A DNA stretch of 64,000 bases from Chlorokybus atmophyticus (GCA_009103225.1 RHPI01002615.1:132328-196327); one strand, 5' to 3'. Numbered from the stretch's first letter, positions 24,553 through 38,189 are shown. Program-made: numbers and translations. Notes: generated by a model from the letters alone, not told the origin.

Positions 24553-26811
24553 GGTGTTGGACTATGAGGCGATGAGGGCAAGCTCTGCCCCTTGGTGCCA
24601 CTTCCCTGGTAACCAGCGCGTTGTACATTTTGTTAATGGCCTGTTGGCACAATGTGATTCAAGTGTCAAATGTATATTGGCTGCTCCGTCACACACCCTC
24701 AGAGTAGACTGTTGACATGCGCATTATGTTGCTTCATTGCCACACATGCATGCACGCAACCATGCTCGCATACTCACCGTCACATTACACTTACGACCAC
24801 CAGGCCATATTCCTCCTCTAACCTAGCTACCCCCAGCAGTTGGATAATGATTCATCACGATCACGTGCAGATGCAGTTGTGCCTGTTTCAAGCTTGGCAG
24901 GCTTACAAGTTGTGCCTCATCAATGCTGGCTTGCCGCAGGAACTCGTCTTGTATCAGGCATATTCATCCTCCCCCCCCCACACACACACGCGCGCGGTCT
25001 CCCTACATGATCTGAGCAGTGGTTGAAAAATGCTCTTTGAGAGGGATCATTCTTTCATGTATACTTTGGTCAAAAATTAGGTTATCATGATTTAGAAAAC
25101 TGGAAGTTGTAACATAACCTGCCGAATCTGTTGTTGCAGGTATCATAGCTGCAGGTCAAAGTAAGTGTTGATCTTTGCGCTTGCACGCCATCCAAGGGTT
25201 TCCCATGCACCACTGCATTCGCTACCGGTTTGCCCGTTGGCCAGGCCAGGCCAGGGGTGCATTGTCTGCCTGGCCTAGAGTACGAGTGTAGCGTAGTCAC
25301 TCCGCTACCAGTTGGCGGCGTTACTTATAGCAAGACTCCCTTCACAACAAGCGCTCCCCTCCCAGCTGTGTGTGACACGGGAGACACACCGCTCCGCCAC
25401 CAAGCACACGATGACATCTGATGGAGCAGAGATGTCCAGCACGCAAAGGAAGGAGAAGAGAGGCCAGCCCGCCACGCAGCCGCTCAGACACTTGGGATGT
25501 GTGAACCCCTACCATGCAAACAACATTGATGGGGGGCGACCGAAGCTGATGCGCAACAGAGCTGTGTTGCCATCCAAGGAGGTGAGGCCAATCTAGAAGG
25601 AAGCGCTGTGGCATTTACGTCCGACACTCAGCGGTTGCGAGTGCCTACCACAGCGGCGATCAGGTGAACCAACCTCCCAACACAGGCGGGCCAGGATGAG
25701 CCTCATGCACTATGTAGCAGGGCTCCTATTACCCAATCGAGTGGTCTAGCACTCTGTGGCATGGCTCTGCCCACCACCAGCGTGCATCGCCGTCGTGTTG
25801 CATGGAGTAGCATGGAGCTGGAGTCTTAGGTGCCGCATCTGCTGCATTGCATGCTCCTGCAGCTGCATGGGGGGCGGTTATGTGCACCAGACTTCCTGCA
25901 AGCATGCAGCGCATAGACACCTCAAAGGCGTGGCCACGGCGGCTTGGGCACTGTGGTTGCTGCTGTCACGCTTGTTGTCAACGTTGTCACCCTTTGACGC
26001 GTGGCTGCGAAGCAAGGTGTGCGCGTGAGTGCATCAAGGTCTGCGGCGGTCTGAGGGTGGGGAGTGGCAGGAGCTGCTCAGAGAGCCGCATGAGGCAGTA
26101 GAAGCAACCAACAACTATATAAGCGTTCCAATCCCATACCTTCTGTGCGCCTGTCTCGATGCTGCACCCTCATCCTTGTTATATTGATCCGAAGTGGTGT
26201 CGATGTGGCGGCCTCCGGCACAGGCACTCGGCAACAGGCGATGCGCTCGCTGGCTTATTACAGGCATCGGTACCCGCGAGTGGCGCAAGGGAGAGGTGCT
26301 GGCGTGCTTCCCATCCCAGGACTAGTCACCTTGGCGGCCAATTATGATGTGGGCCCGCAAGACGACATGCTGCTAGCTGTGGCAGTGTTGTTTAGTGGAG
26401 GCGCTCCAACGTGGGCTAGTGCGTGCAACTAAACAAGTCGTGTTGGCGTATATCCTTCCACTGGCATGCAAGAACAAGCCCTTGTTGTCTTGCAAGTGGA
26501 AGCATGCCTATTCCAGACCGAAGCCCTTATCGCCACGGAGGTCGTCCATTTCATTGCGGAGTTCCCACGCGTGTCGCAATGAGAGGCATTGGCTGGCATT
26601 CTTTGTAGCTGTGACCGACATTGCGCCAAACAGCCTCCATAAGCGAGTGCATACGGTGGCCTACCATTTCTCACTAGTACTACTAGTACTAGTGTGAGAA
26701 ATGGTACTTGTTGTACGCTGAAACTGAACTGAACCACCCGACTAGACCTCACTCCAACCTGCCTTCCTCTACATCCACCACAAGCCAGTGTAGGAACGCG
26801 CTTGCAAGAGG

Positions 26812-26851
<40 letters not shown>

Positions 26852-28347
26852 GACAACCCAACAGTTGCTGCGTTGGTCTGCGTGCGAATCATTGCGCAAT
26901 GCAAATCGCCTTCAGCAAACCGCACTGCCACGCGCTGCTCATGGGAGTTCTCTTCTGTGCTTGCAACGCAGCAGCAATGTTCATATTACAGTCATTACCG
27001 TCATGCGCGAGGCTGCGTATTTGTTTACCGATGAGCAGATGGGCGCGTACCTGCTGCGATTAACAAGGTTGCCACGGAGCCTGAGCGCGACGGCTCCAAC
27101 CGCTGAGTTGAATCGATGTCACAGTCGCCGGTCACAGGTCTGTTGCTGGCTTTGAGCGCTTGGCCAGCAGAGTTACTCAAAAGTTTTCATGATACAGCGA
27201 CTGCCAACCGCCTAGTACGTTTGTGGCCCATTGGCAACTGAGACGCACGGATTGTTGGACGAGCCATTTGTGACTCTGTTGCTGTAATGCGCGCATCGCA
27301 TAGTTGAGCGTCTCGCGGCTTGGAGGTGTGTAACCGGTTGGTTATGCAGTACTGGTAGTGCGCAACAAGGGGGGCATATCAGAGGGCTCTTGCTTCAGCA
27401 TCGCTCGCCTTGGCTTCGTCTGCTAGCTGATGTGGAATTTGTGGCAGGTGACTTGTGAGTCGTGACTGAGGCTTGGGCTGCAAGTAATGTGGTGGTCGGA
27501 TGTTGTGTACTTCTGTGATAAGCTGGCTCGTGCCCATGCAGTGTATTTATGCATGCTGCCTTGATGAAAACCTGATTGGTCTGTTGGTGTGTATGTGGAC
27601 GTATGCCCTTGTGATGGGGACTGGTCCACCCTGTCACATAACTTGTATAGAGTAAATGAGTGTGCGTTGTATACCAACAATTGGTGCAAGTGGTCTAGTG
27701 TAGTAGCACCAGCAGCTGGCCGTTATACACATGTAGGTATCCAACCAAGGCAGCCCTAGCCAATGCGACTGTCGTACCAGTGCGGCATATATAGCACACT
27801 TTGCTCGCATGGTGGCTTGGCTGACGGATTACAAGGACTTGCTGTTGAGAGAGGGGCTCTGTTGCAGTCGCTCTGCAATTGAGTGGTGTGACATCCCAAG
27901 TCAATAGACGTTGCTGCACCCACTGCAACGTTACCAAGAATACATCTGCAAGTGCCTCTTAAAGACAAACGACATGACGCTACACAACCAACGATATTTT
28001 GACAATAATAACAATAATAATAGCGCGGGCAGACCATAACCCTCATTTCTACTACTAGAACCTGACTGCACACAGTGCGCGGAGTGCCACCGCGCACGAT
28101 GGGCACGCCGGTAGTATGTGTGAGCTCCCACTCTAACCAATCAAGCTATCAATTACCATACACAAAATTTGTTTTGGGGAGACCCCAAAGGTGGATAAAC
28201 CAACAAAACTGCAATCGCCGTGCATCTAAGCAGCCTGTACACGAGTCAACACGTGTCGCCTGTACATCAGGGTGTCTTGGTGGTGCTCAAGTGGAGGGGT
28301 GTATGTGTGTGCACAAACCGTGGGTCTGTCAGTCCATGTATCAATGT

Positions 28348-31300
28348 TCAACCTGGAGTACAATCGGGCATCGCCATGTCTGCCGAAGGCTTGCTTGTGG
28401 GAGGCTGACTCATGCTGAGCAAAGAATTTGCACTGTTGCTGCGGTGCTGTTGCTGTTGTGTCCACGCGCTTGCATGGTTGGTCGCTTGCTGCTGCTGCTC
28501 TTGAGCTCCTCCTCCACCTTCACCACCCGAGCCGGACGTGCTTGCAGTGTTGTTGTTGGTTTGCTGCTGTTGGGTCTGATCTGAGCCCTGCTGCAGTCGT
28601 ACCACGCCGTCGACAACCGGCGCTGGCCGCGTTTGCGCTGGTGTTGATGGCATTGGTGAAGGCGACCCTGCGCCAGCTGGCTCATCCACATTGGCTCCCA
28701 GCTGATCCGATTTGCTCGCCGCCGCGCGATGGTACAACAAGTTGGCAATTGAGCGGTCAAGCCTCTTCGTGAGCTCAGTCATGTCATCGCCAGCTGCGCT
28801 GAAGGTCCCGATAGACATGCTTGCCGGATCTCCAAACCGCCCCCCTCGTTCTTTCGCGCTGTGAGCTAACCGATAAAGACTCTCCTTGAAACTTAGCCTG
28901 GTCTCCACATCCATCTGTTGGGAGAACAAGTTCTTGTGTGAGACAGCAAGGCGAGACACACGCAGCGAAGCCCACAATGTCAAAGGTAGTTAGTATCAGA
29001 TGTATCAATACCAACAAGTAACTCACGTTTTCAATGACAGACGCAATGGCCTCAAGACCCTGCGTCGTGGGTGACTTGCTTCGTGAGCTCGAGTCCGACT
29101 CGCCTGCCTCAGTCATGTCAGCATCAGCCTCGCTTCTGCCACCAGGCGTATCAACAGGGGCGGAGGAAGAAGGCTGCTGCGTGTCTAATGACGGGCCACA
29201 TGACAAGGTGGCCTGCCCGCTTGTTGGCTGCTCAGCCAAAGAAGGCGTTGGAGATATCATGGCAGGAGTGGCAGGCATGCTGTAAGGAAGGGCTGATGAG
29301 GCGCTTGGGACTAGCGGAGGTAGAACCGGGACTACGGGAGTAGAGGACAGGCATGCAGATCCGTGCGGTGAGTGCCGCTGATTGTTGTTTGCGCGCGCCT
29401 TACGCTCTTCAGCGCGACGCTTGTTTGCTTGTCGCCGTGATCTGGGGGTCTAGAACAGCATATATACAACATGAGCTAAAAATGTCACAGAACTGCGCAG
29501 ACAAGTTTGACATGGCTGATGACCGGGCATAAAGAGGCTCATACCTGAGCACTGTGACCAGCATCACGTATCGTTGGTGAAGGCATGGCACCGCTTGAGA
29601 ATACAAGGGAGCCACTCGGAACAGCAGTGAACTGTGTGACCGTTGAGCCTCCGCCTTGGTACCAAGACCCGGCACCTGGATGCACGTAGCCCTGTACCTG
29701 CATCAAAATCAATGTTAAACTTGCATGACAAGCGGCTCAATCAGTTTGCTGTCGCTTGTGATGTAACTCGGGGCTTACCGTTGGTGCTCGAATAGTAAGG
29801 TCAGATGCATTTGAGCTCTCAGGCAACTGCCACTGCTGGACAGCTGTTGCCGCTGCTAAAGAAGGCTGAAGGGGCTGTGGCGTGGCGGGTGAAGTCGCTA
29901 CGCCTTGTGGTGATGTTAGTTGAGTGAGGGGCTGGGGAGGTGCTCGCTGCAGTGCCAGTTGATGCATATGATACTGCTGCAGATGTTGATACTGCTGCTG
30001 CTGCTGCTGCTGCTGCTGCATGGTCTGTAGTGGCGGTTGGATCAGCAACTGGTTTGGCACTGCTGCCCACATTGGATAGCCTGTAGGCATACTCCCGGCG
30101 GGCGACTGCGGCGGCTGTGCTTCGTGATCTGCAAGGCAAAAATGGTTCATACCCAACACATTGACAGAAGACCGCCAGGGAAGAATGAGAGGGGAATGCA
30201 GAGCCAACGGCATCGTCAATGGCCAGGTAAGGGAGCTCACCTGTTTTGATTTTGACAGTACCAGCAGGACGGCTTCGCCCAACTTCAGCTTGCATGTCAC
30301 CCCGCACTGAGCATCTCCAGTGAGCAGGATCAGACGCTTCAGACGTAATTGTGCTGGTGTTTAGTTTCGTTTCAGCCAGGGGCGTCGGCGATGGCCAGGA
30401 ATGGGAGTTGGGCGTAGAAGCAGCAGGCGAACATGAGGGCTCTGCACCACTAGCATGGCGGCCATACTCTTGTAGTGTCTTCGTCCACTGACCGGGCTCC
30501 GGCAGCGGCCCCGACACAGCTTCAAGTACCTCATTTGGTGACGACTGCAGTAGGCGAACAGACGAGAATCAGAACAGCTCGTACGCAGACGGCTGTATGT
30601 GAAAGGCGAGGCAGGCTGCAACAACATACATTGGGTGGCGACTTGTTGTACTGCTGAAGCACTTGCATCCAATGACCGGATTCGGGTATGGTTTCAGATA
30701 TAGACGTAAGTTGGGTGTTGGCAGGATCCTCACCATTCCTGCTAGTGATTACACCAAATAGCATAAGTGTCTGAAGCAGCACACCACATTTCAATAACAG
30801 ATAGCACAGGCAAAAGCCGTACCTGTAAAAGTCAACATCTGTCAAGGTACTGCCGTCCCAACCGAAGCTGGACGTCTGCTGCCGTTCAGAAGTGCCAAAA
30901 CTGAAGCTCGTGGCGAGTGAAGGGGAGGGAATCTCCTGTTGTGACAACATAGCATTGACATCGTCCAGCTCTTGGTCGTTGAGAAAAAGCATGGCGGTGT
31001 CTGAACCACCAGACGACCCAGCTCCATTGCCAGAGTCTTCACGGGCATCTCCGACAGCACGCTCGACCTCCTCCACGTCCACACTGCTGCCGTCCAGTGC
31101 TGATGAAATCACATACTGTTCCGACGGAGGGGTGTTTAGCGAGCTCAGTCCCGATCGTTCAGGCGCTGCCGGCGAGTGTGACCGTTTGCCAGTATGCAGC
31201 TTGTCCAGAGACTGGCGCCTCGGTCTCCGACCTTTCTGCGGCTGCGATGGCTGTTGCTGTTTGGTGCTCTTAGTAGCTGGCAAGGTCCCCGCATCCTCGT

Positions 31301-32201
31301 CTTGCCATGTCAAGTAGTTGTCGTACTGAAATGCCACAACAGAACACGCTCAGTTTTGCTGCAGTGTACCCCCACAGGGCAATGCCAGCACTTGCTCGTT
31401 GAACAGTCACAGGCCACTTTGAGTTGTACTTTACTGCAACAGGCAACAACGGAAGCAGCCTTCACAAGTGCACAAGCTGGAAACAACTAGGTAAGAGCAC
31501 CGCAGCCCCTGCACAAGTTTACAACCACACTAGCTAGCTTGCTCGGGCAAGTAACCCCTTCTGCACCGGCGAGCTTGCCTACTTAAATGTGCGCGCTTTG
31601 CGCGCAACTCCTGCATAACCAACGGCCAGCAAGACATCGAGCAAGCTGTTCTGGGCAAGTAACTCCTGCACAAGGATGCTCGCGTGCTCTTGCTCACAAT
31701 TGCAGTGGCTCCCGGTTGGGCTAACGTAATTCTCCTAGACCACTCAACGAGAGCTAACGCAGCAAGACAGGTACAAAATGAACAGAGTAGTGGTCAGCAA
31801 GCAGCCATGCCGCTGGCACACCTGAGTCAGCTCGCTAACCTACGTTCAACGGTTGACAGACTTACGAGGAGCTGTTGCGACTAACTGCAATGAAACAAGC
31901 AGTAGACCTGGCGAAGAGTGAGTGCGATCAGCAAGGCAACTTAAGCCTTCGACTGCTTGAAATGCCAGGAACTCGCATTCAGTTGGCCGCTGCAAGCATC
32001 GACGGGCGCTTACTATCGACCTAATCAATGGGGCTGTCTCAGTAACAACCGCTGCATACCTTCGTCCCAAGAGTAAGCGTATACGCATCCTCATACACAA
32101 AACAAGCGTCCGCGAACACGCACGCAAACACAACACCCGGCGCAGCGACCCACCTGCCAGCTGCCTACAGCATCTTCTTCTGGCGTTGGCGCCCAGGCCA
32201 T
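28348..32201 (-). CDS. LNK-like (night light-inducible, clock-regulated) transcriptional cofactor
   Basis: About 8 exons: 32201-32154, 31325-30823, three or four middle exons, about 29440-29027, and 28914-28348. The C-terminal blocks SVIEN|MDVETRLSFKESLYRLAHSA and LDRSIANLLYHR resemble the two conserved LNK repeats as I recall them. The rest is low-complexity Q/P/S. Confidence 0.72.
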
Positions 32202-35200
32202 AGCCACGAAGCATTCGTTCTGGACAGCACTGACGGCATCAACTACAGGAGCACCTCGGACGACAACGACAGCTAATCCACCCTCATCTACAACCCGCGC
32301 CAGCAGTTCTCCAGCAAGCCTTCCGAGCCCAGCCCCAGCTCCAGCAACATACACCAGCGCACCAGCTCCAGCGGACCAACCAGCCGAAGCTCTAGCCCTT
32401 CCACCCAAACGCTTCCACGAGTAACCCCAAACCCTAACACCTCCGCTCAATGCCGCCCACGCCGCCCACGCCGCCTCTGCCGCCGCCCGACCCGTCGCCT
32501 CCTTCACACCCACAAGCTCCTAGTCTGCGCCTCCAACCACAAGCTGAGAGGGGCGGAGGAGTGAGAGGGGTTACGCAGGGAGCAGAAAACTTCGCTTAAT
32601 TGACGACCTACGTGCAATCCCCTCCCCACTGACGACCCCGACGGTCCGTTCGATAAACCCGCGGCTCATCTGACGGTCCGCAGCCCCCCTCGATGCGGCC
32701 CTCCCCGTTCCTAAGCCACGCAATTAATAACGGAAAATAAAATAAAGCCTAGAGCTTCAATCGGCGCGACCAAGGCCGTATCAATTTCCACGCTGACAGG
32801 CCGTGGAGATGGAAAATGGCGTAATAACAAACCCCCGTTCTACCTCGGCGTGCCGCGGTTATGATCGAGTCAGTCGCAGTCGATATCGGGGGGCGGTTTT
32901 GTGGGGTCAAGATTTGAAACGGGCCACCGGTCGATTTGACCAAAACACATTGTTATTGAAAGCCGGCAGCAGCCGGTCTTGAGTCCGATGCGGTCTATTT
33001 GATATCGAGCCAGACTGCTGATACGAACCAGTTGACTTGTGGGTTCAGATGAAGGAGGCTTCTGTTTTTGTCTCCATGCTAACCAACTCCATGCGTGGTA
33101 CGTCATAAGAGGTAGTTGATCAGGGCGTTTCTGTGGTCCACACGTTGCATTGCGTGAGCGCATCTATAGCTTGACGCGCATTGGGCGGCTAGCGTTGGGG
33201 GCAGGCCGCGGGGGACGCCAAGCTGGCCGGATGGATGGGGGGCGGGGCGTTGCGAGTCGCAAATTGGGACGGGGTGTGTGTCAGTGAGTCAGTGACAACA
33301 GAGAGGGGCTGAGGCTGTGTGCGCTTGGCGGACCAGTTTGGGCGCTTATCATTGCGCCGTCGTGTTGCCAGGCCCTGGGGGGTGTCAGCGTGCCAGTCCA
33401 GCAGCGACTCCCTGCCTCAAAAAGGACCTTGGTAAAGCTACATGAGAGGTTGGGCTTTATGAACTACCGTTACTGGTAGCTCACAGCTGGTCACTGCAAC
33501 TCAGCTGACAGTGCTCGCAATACGCAAATGCTGGTCAGGCGGCATGATTAATAAAGGGCATTTATAAAGGGCGTCTGTCAGCGTCAGTGCTTGAGTTGCA
33601 TTCTGGGCCATAATCTATGGCGCCATAATTTATGGGCGCTGAAATAGCTAGCTGTGTTCCCGTGCTGATTGCATACACGATACATGTATTGCATGTGGTT
33701 GGAGCAGGGGTTGCTTCAATGTTGCCAAGATAAAACAGCCTTCAACATTATCATAGTTCATCGTGTTCATGTGTAATTGATAACAAATGTACCATTGTTA
33801 ATTTATATAATTTACGTGAGTCTGAGGAATAGAGCAATAAAAACAAGTAAGGAAAATTCAATCCATTGCGAAAGGTACTTGTGCATGCAGACATGCAAGT
33901 TGAGGCAAGGGTCATCCATTAGAGCAACATTTTCGACACTCGTATGGTGGTGGATTTGGCAGCAGCACATATAGCAGCAAGCATAGAAGTGGAAGGGGGC
34001 GGCAGCTGTGGTGCATTTGGTTCAGGCTTGAAGATGGTCTTTATACCGTATTCCGCGTAGGTTTACTTCCTAAACAAGTTGTCTAATCTTGTACAATAAA
34101 TAACACAGCTTAATTTTGGCTTTGCTTGCATAACACAAAACGCGCAATGTCGCAATACCAGTGTTTAAATTCTTCGCCGCCCTGCTGCGCTTCCAGCCCT
34201 GCCTCTACCCCGCTGTTAGAGGCCGCATTGAATTGGGTAAGAGATAGGGGCGGGAAGAACAGGTTAGGTGGCGGCGGCAGGGCGGCGGGTTTCGGTGCAT
34301 CCAAACACATATTTAGACAGGAGGGGGGGAGGGGAGAGGGGGAGGGTGTTTCAGTAATTGGTTAAGGTGCGGACAGATATTGGAGGGATTGCGATTGACG
34401 CCGCAAGGCGAGCCGACGGCGGACGTTCAAGCTCGATCGCCTCTCGTGCTCCGTCCATCCCAGCAGGAGTTACTGCTCAACTCTTTGCCAGTAAATCGCA
34501 ACAGGATTGAAAGCAGGACTATTATATGATATTTCTATAAGCAAAGTCATGGGTTCGCCGCCCAGTCAAAGCACCAAACCCCCCCCCCAAAAAAAAAGAT
34601 ATAAAAAACACTTTAAGGCATGTGCAATTACAAAATCCATCAATCTTGTATTGCAAACAATATATCATGTAAGCTTGGTAAAAAATTACCTTTCACCGAG
34701 GAAATCTGTATATAACCATGTATGGCGCGGACGTCCGCATAAAGGGGGCAGAAGCGGGTGATGGAAGCCGCGAACTAGGGTAAAAATGTGGCGTATAACC
34801 GGAAAACCAACCATGGTCCCAATTCCCTCAATTATCACCACTGATTGAGCGCTGACCGCGCCACATGTAATCTAATATTAGTTAAAGCTTAATATTGTTA
34901 ATCGAGAACGTTAAGAAGCAGCATAAACAAGAGATTGGTATTAATATTGCGCGCGAGAGGTTACCTATATAACGGAGTGCTACTGCTATGCGGTTCCCCG
35001 CCCTTGTTTAATGAGAAACAAGGGTCCCAACGGGATAAACACAGCCATTAAAGTCGTATTAAGGCCTTTATAGGCCCTGATAAGGTGTTATGTTATTTAA
35101 CACCGATGTCGACTTGAGACATGAGTCTCAAGTCGATATCGGCCGCATGGCGGCGCTGCTAACGCAGCGACCGCCATAGCAAGGGGATCTTTTGATCCCC

Positions 35201-35603
35201 TGGCTGCCAGCGGCGGCGGCGGCGACGTGGCTGTGGTTGGTGGTGTTGGGGTAGGGGATTAAAGGGGGCGGTAGCACCTCCCCCTTCTTACATTTAGCAT
35301 CGGAGCGAGGGCGTGGGGGGCCTGGGGGGCGGCGACGGCTTCGGCGGCGGCGGGGCGCAGAAGCGGCAGTCGGCACTGCTCAGTGCCGACGTCAGGCCGG
35401 CGGCCTGATAGCGGCGGCAGCGGCGGCAACTTGCAGCCGCTACCCACTACGGCGGGTAGTGGTAGTTGTTAGCTAATTGTTGTTGTTGTATAGTTGTATA
35501 GCGCTGCTGTTGGCCTAGCCTAGCCTTGCGTTGCCTTGCTTCGCTTGCTTAGCCTAGCCTAGCTTACCTGGCCTAGCCTAGCTTGTTAGTGTGAAGGGGA
35601 GGC

Positions 35604-36139
35604 TGTCACAGCCCACTCGACCACAAAAGACTTGGTGCTTTTATGGTCGATTTGTGGTAATTTAATGTGCCTTCCCGTTACATTCCCCCCCACTTAAGAA
35701 CGCTGACGTCCTCGGCAGCTGGCGCTCTCATCAGCTGGGGAATTTTCTTCCCAGGGGTCTGATAGGGTCGGTCACCGGCCCCACAGCCAAGGACCGGCCA
35801 ATTTAGGCCCATACCGGTCAACGCGCGCATAGCGCGCCGCTACCGGCCCCATAGGTCGCATCGCCGCGATAGGCAGGTCGCGCCCTGCCGCGCCGACCGA
35901 ACTGGTCAGTTCGGCCCGACTGCCATTAAGCAAGTCGCGACCCAACGATGATGGTACTTATAAAGTGACCATTTACGATGTTATTGGATCGAGAAACAAC
36001 GACCGCGGAATTCGTGTGCAAGGCAGGAATCGAACCCGGGTCTCAAGCTCCGATGACCAATGTCACAGCCCACTCGACCACAAAAAACTTGGTGCTTTTA
36101 TGGTCGAGTTGTGGTAATTTAATGTGCCTTCCCGTTACA
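35604..36139 (-). mobile_element. TRIM (miniature LTR element) nested in the 5' leader of the gypsy element
   Basis: 79-bp LTRs at 35604-35682 and 36061-36139 (TGT...ACA, 2 mismatches) and a perfect 5-bp TSD GAGGC. On the minus strand there is a PBS-like TGGTCATCGGAGC and a PPT GTGGGGGGGAA. No coding capacity. Confidence 0.93.
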
Positions 36140-36762
36140 GAGGCGGCCACTCAGGCAGCCTCACCTCAAGTATTGCATCCCAGCACATCACTTGTAACTT
36201 TAATCACATATTACTTGTGATTGTGCTCGTGGGGCTGCCACCACGTGGATTCGTGGTGGTGTCAGGGAGGGTTGTGGTTGTTTACACTTCTCCCACCCCA
36301 AGAAAGCAGTCTTTGCCAACTTGGGCTGTTTTAGCCGCCGTTCGGTGCGGTAGGGCCGCCAGATTCATTCTGGGCGGCCGATATCAAACCCTCGACTCAC
36401 AACTTGTTGAGATCGGCCTGTAGGGCTGATTCAACGAGAGTTTGGCACCTTTGGTGTCGTTTCACAATTGTGATTTGAGAAGGGTTGTACAAAGTGAAAG
36501 CTTTGAGTTGTTGTAGCTTGTGAACCGCCGCGTGGATTCGCGTGCGATTTGTTTACAAGCGAGTGTCTTGTTGAGAGGTGTTGGGTAGTCATTTTACGGG
36601 CTGTTTAACCCAAGTATAGCACCTTGAAATCAACGAAAGAGAAATAACAAATTTTGACACTTTCAGAGTGCACAACTCGTGTGCTTGTGCACTCGTGCAG
36701 TTGCAAACTTCTTAACGGCTTGTCTCCTTGGGCAGATATCTCACCAACGAGAGGAAGGAGGG

Positions 36763-38180
36763 ATGTATCCCGTACCTGAGGATTTATCCTATGAGCCATC
36801 AAGTGATGAGGAAGTGAAGCACTCAGACACGAGTGGTGGTTACAGTGTCAGTGAGGAGGAAGAAGCCAAGTCCAAGAGTGGTGAAGCTTCTTCAAAGAAG
36901 TCCTCTCATGATGACCAACCTATGGACGCTCAGAGCATCATCGGGGCGGCCATAGCGAAGTACGCATCAGAGCGTGAAGCTCTTCTTGCTGCACACCCCA
37001 GCTTCGCAAGGAAGTGTGCGATGAGTGGGCGCAGCAAATCCGTAACGCATATGAGACGGACTTCACGGCACTCCCGCGCACAAGCAAGGAGATGGTGATT
37101 CGCATGATTCAGCATGAGTTGACGCGTAATGTACCGCAACTTATACGCACAGATCCGGCAGTGGCCACTCTTATGGCAATTTATGACAAACCAGGCCCGT
37201 ATCCAGGCCGGAGAATGGCGTTCGAGGCTCTCACCTTATTGACGGTGGAAATTCAGAAGCATTGCAAGGACCTTTTCTGGTACTTAGGGCCTGAGCTAGA
37301 GGAGATGTTAGCTCGAGAAGAGCGCTTGACTGCACGCCTCGATGCTATGCAGTCCGAGTTGGTGGCATTACGCCAGCAGGTGGCAGGGGCTACTACTACT
37401 GTAGCAGGGACATCAGTTGGCCTACCCGTCACAGCGCTGAACAAGCACGAGAAGTTCAAGCCTTATGGGGCTGTGAACATTCATGATTGGGTGGTGAATG
37501 TAAAGCGCTACTCGGCTGCACTTCAGCGACCAGTTAGTGAGCATGCATCTGTTGCTGAGTTGCTCATGCCACCTGACGCTTTGGCCAAGTGGGCGCGTCA
37601 AACGGAGGATGGTGCTTCCAAGACTGTGGAGGCATCATTTCAGTTCTTGGTAGAGCGCTATGGTGGCATGGACCCGGCTACTGCTGCTCGCAACAAGCTT
37701 ACCAAGCTGCGACAGAGTGGTCGGGCGGCTTCAGTGTACTTGCATGAGTTTCAGGCATTGGTTGGCCGTGTTAACACTGGGCTCATGCCCATGGACAAGG
37801 CTGAGCATCTTGACATGTACAAGCGCGGCTTGGATGCACGCTTGCGCGACCAGCTGCAGTACAACACGTCGACGGGGCAACAGTGGGTTCCCGCGGACCT
37901 CGCAACCTTGCAGAGGTTGAGTGTGTATCTGATCAATGACGATGCTGCGGCTGTGCAGGACAAGTCACAGGTGGTGGCTTCAGTCAAGCCACATGGGGGA
38001 GGGGGGAAGCGGTTCCCTCCACCAAGTGCGCATGCGGCGAAAATGGCCAAAACCTCATACGCACCTGCGAGTGGTGCTACGCCTATTGCAGCACGCGCCT
38101 GCTACGTGTGCCATCAGCCAGGTTACATCGCGAAGAACTGCCTAACCAAGGGAAAGGGCAAGGCCAAGAAGGTTGAATAG
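36763..38180 (+). pseudogene. gag: Retrotransposon gag with one frameshift near 37.05 kb
   Basis: Retrotrans_gag-like segment (LTKLRQSG..SVYLHEF) and a degenerate zinc knuckle CYVCHQPGYIAKNC. Confidence 0.88.
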
Positions 38181-38189
38181 GATTACGTC

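Noticed and set aside
25300-27400. Protein-like fragments on both strands (e.g. LRGDKGF, QRAHRLL)
   Set aside because: Stops occur in all frames and motif order fits no transposase or RT family I can support.
32091-32513. 140-aa Ala/Gly-rich minus-strand ORF as a membrane protein
   Set aside because: No ATG at its start; only the last 16 codons fit as exon 1 of the LNK-like gene, and the rest is probably GC-rich 5' UTR.
35604-36139. Repeat-spacer-repeat arrangement as a CRISPR-like array
   Set aside because: Only two 79-bp repeats with TG...CA ends, PBS, PPT and TSD, which is an LTR element in a eukaryote.
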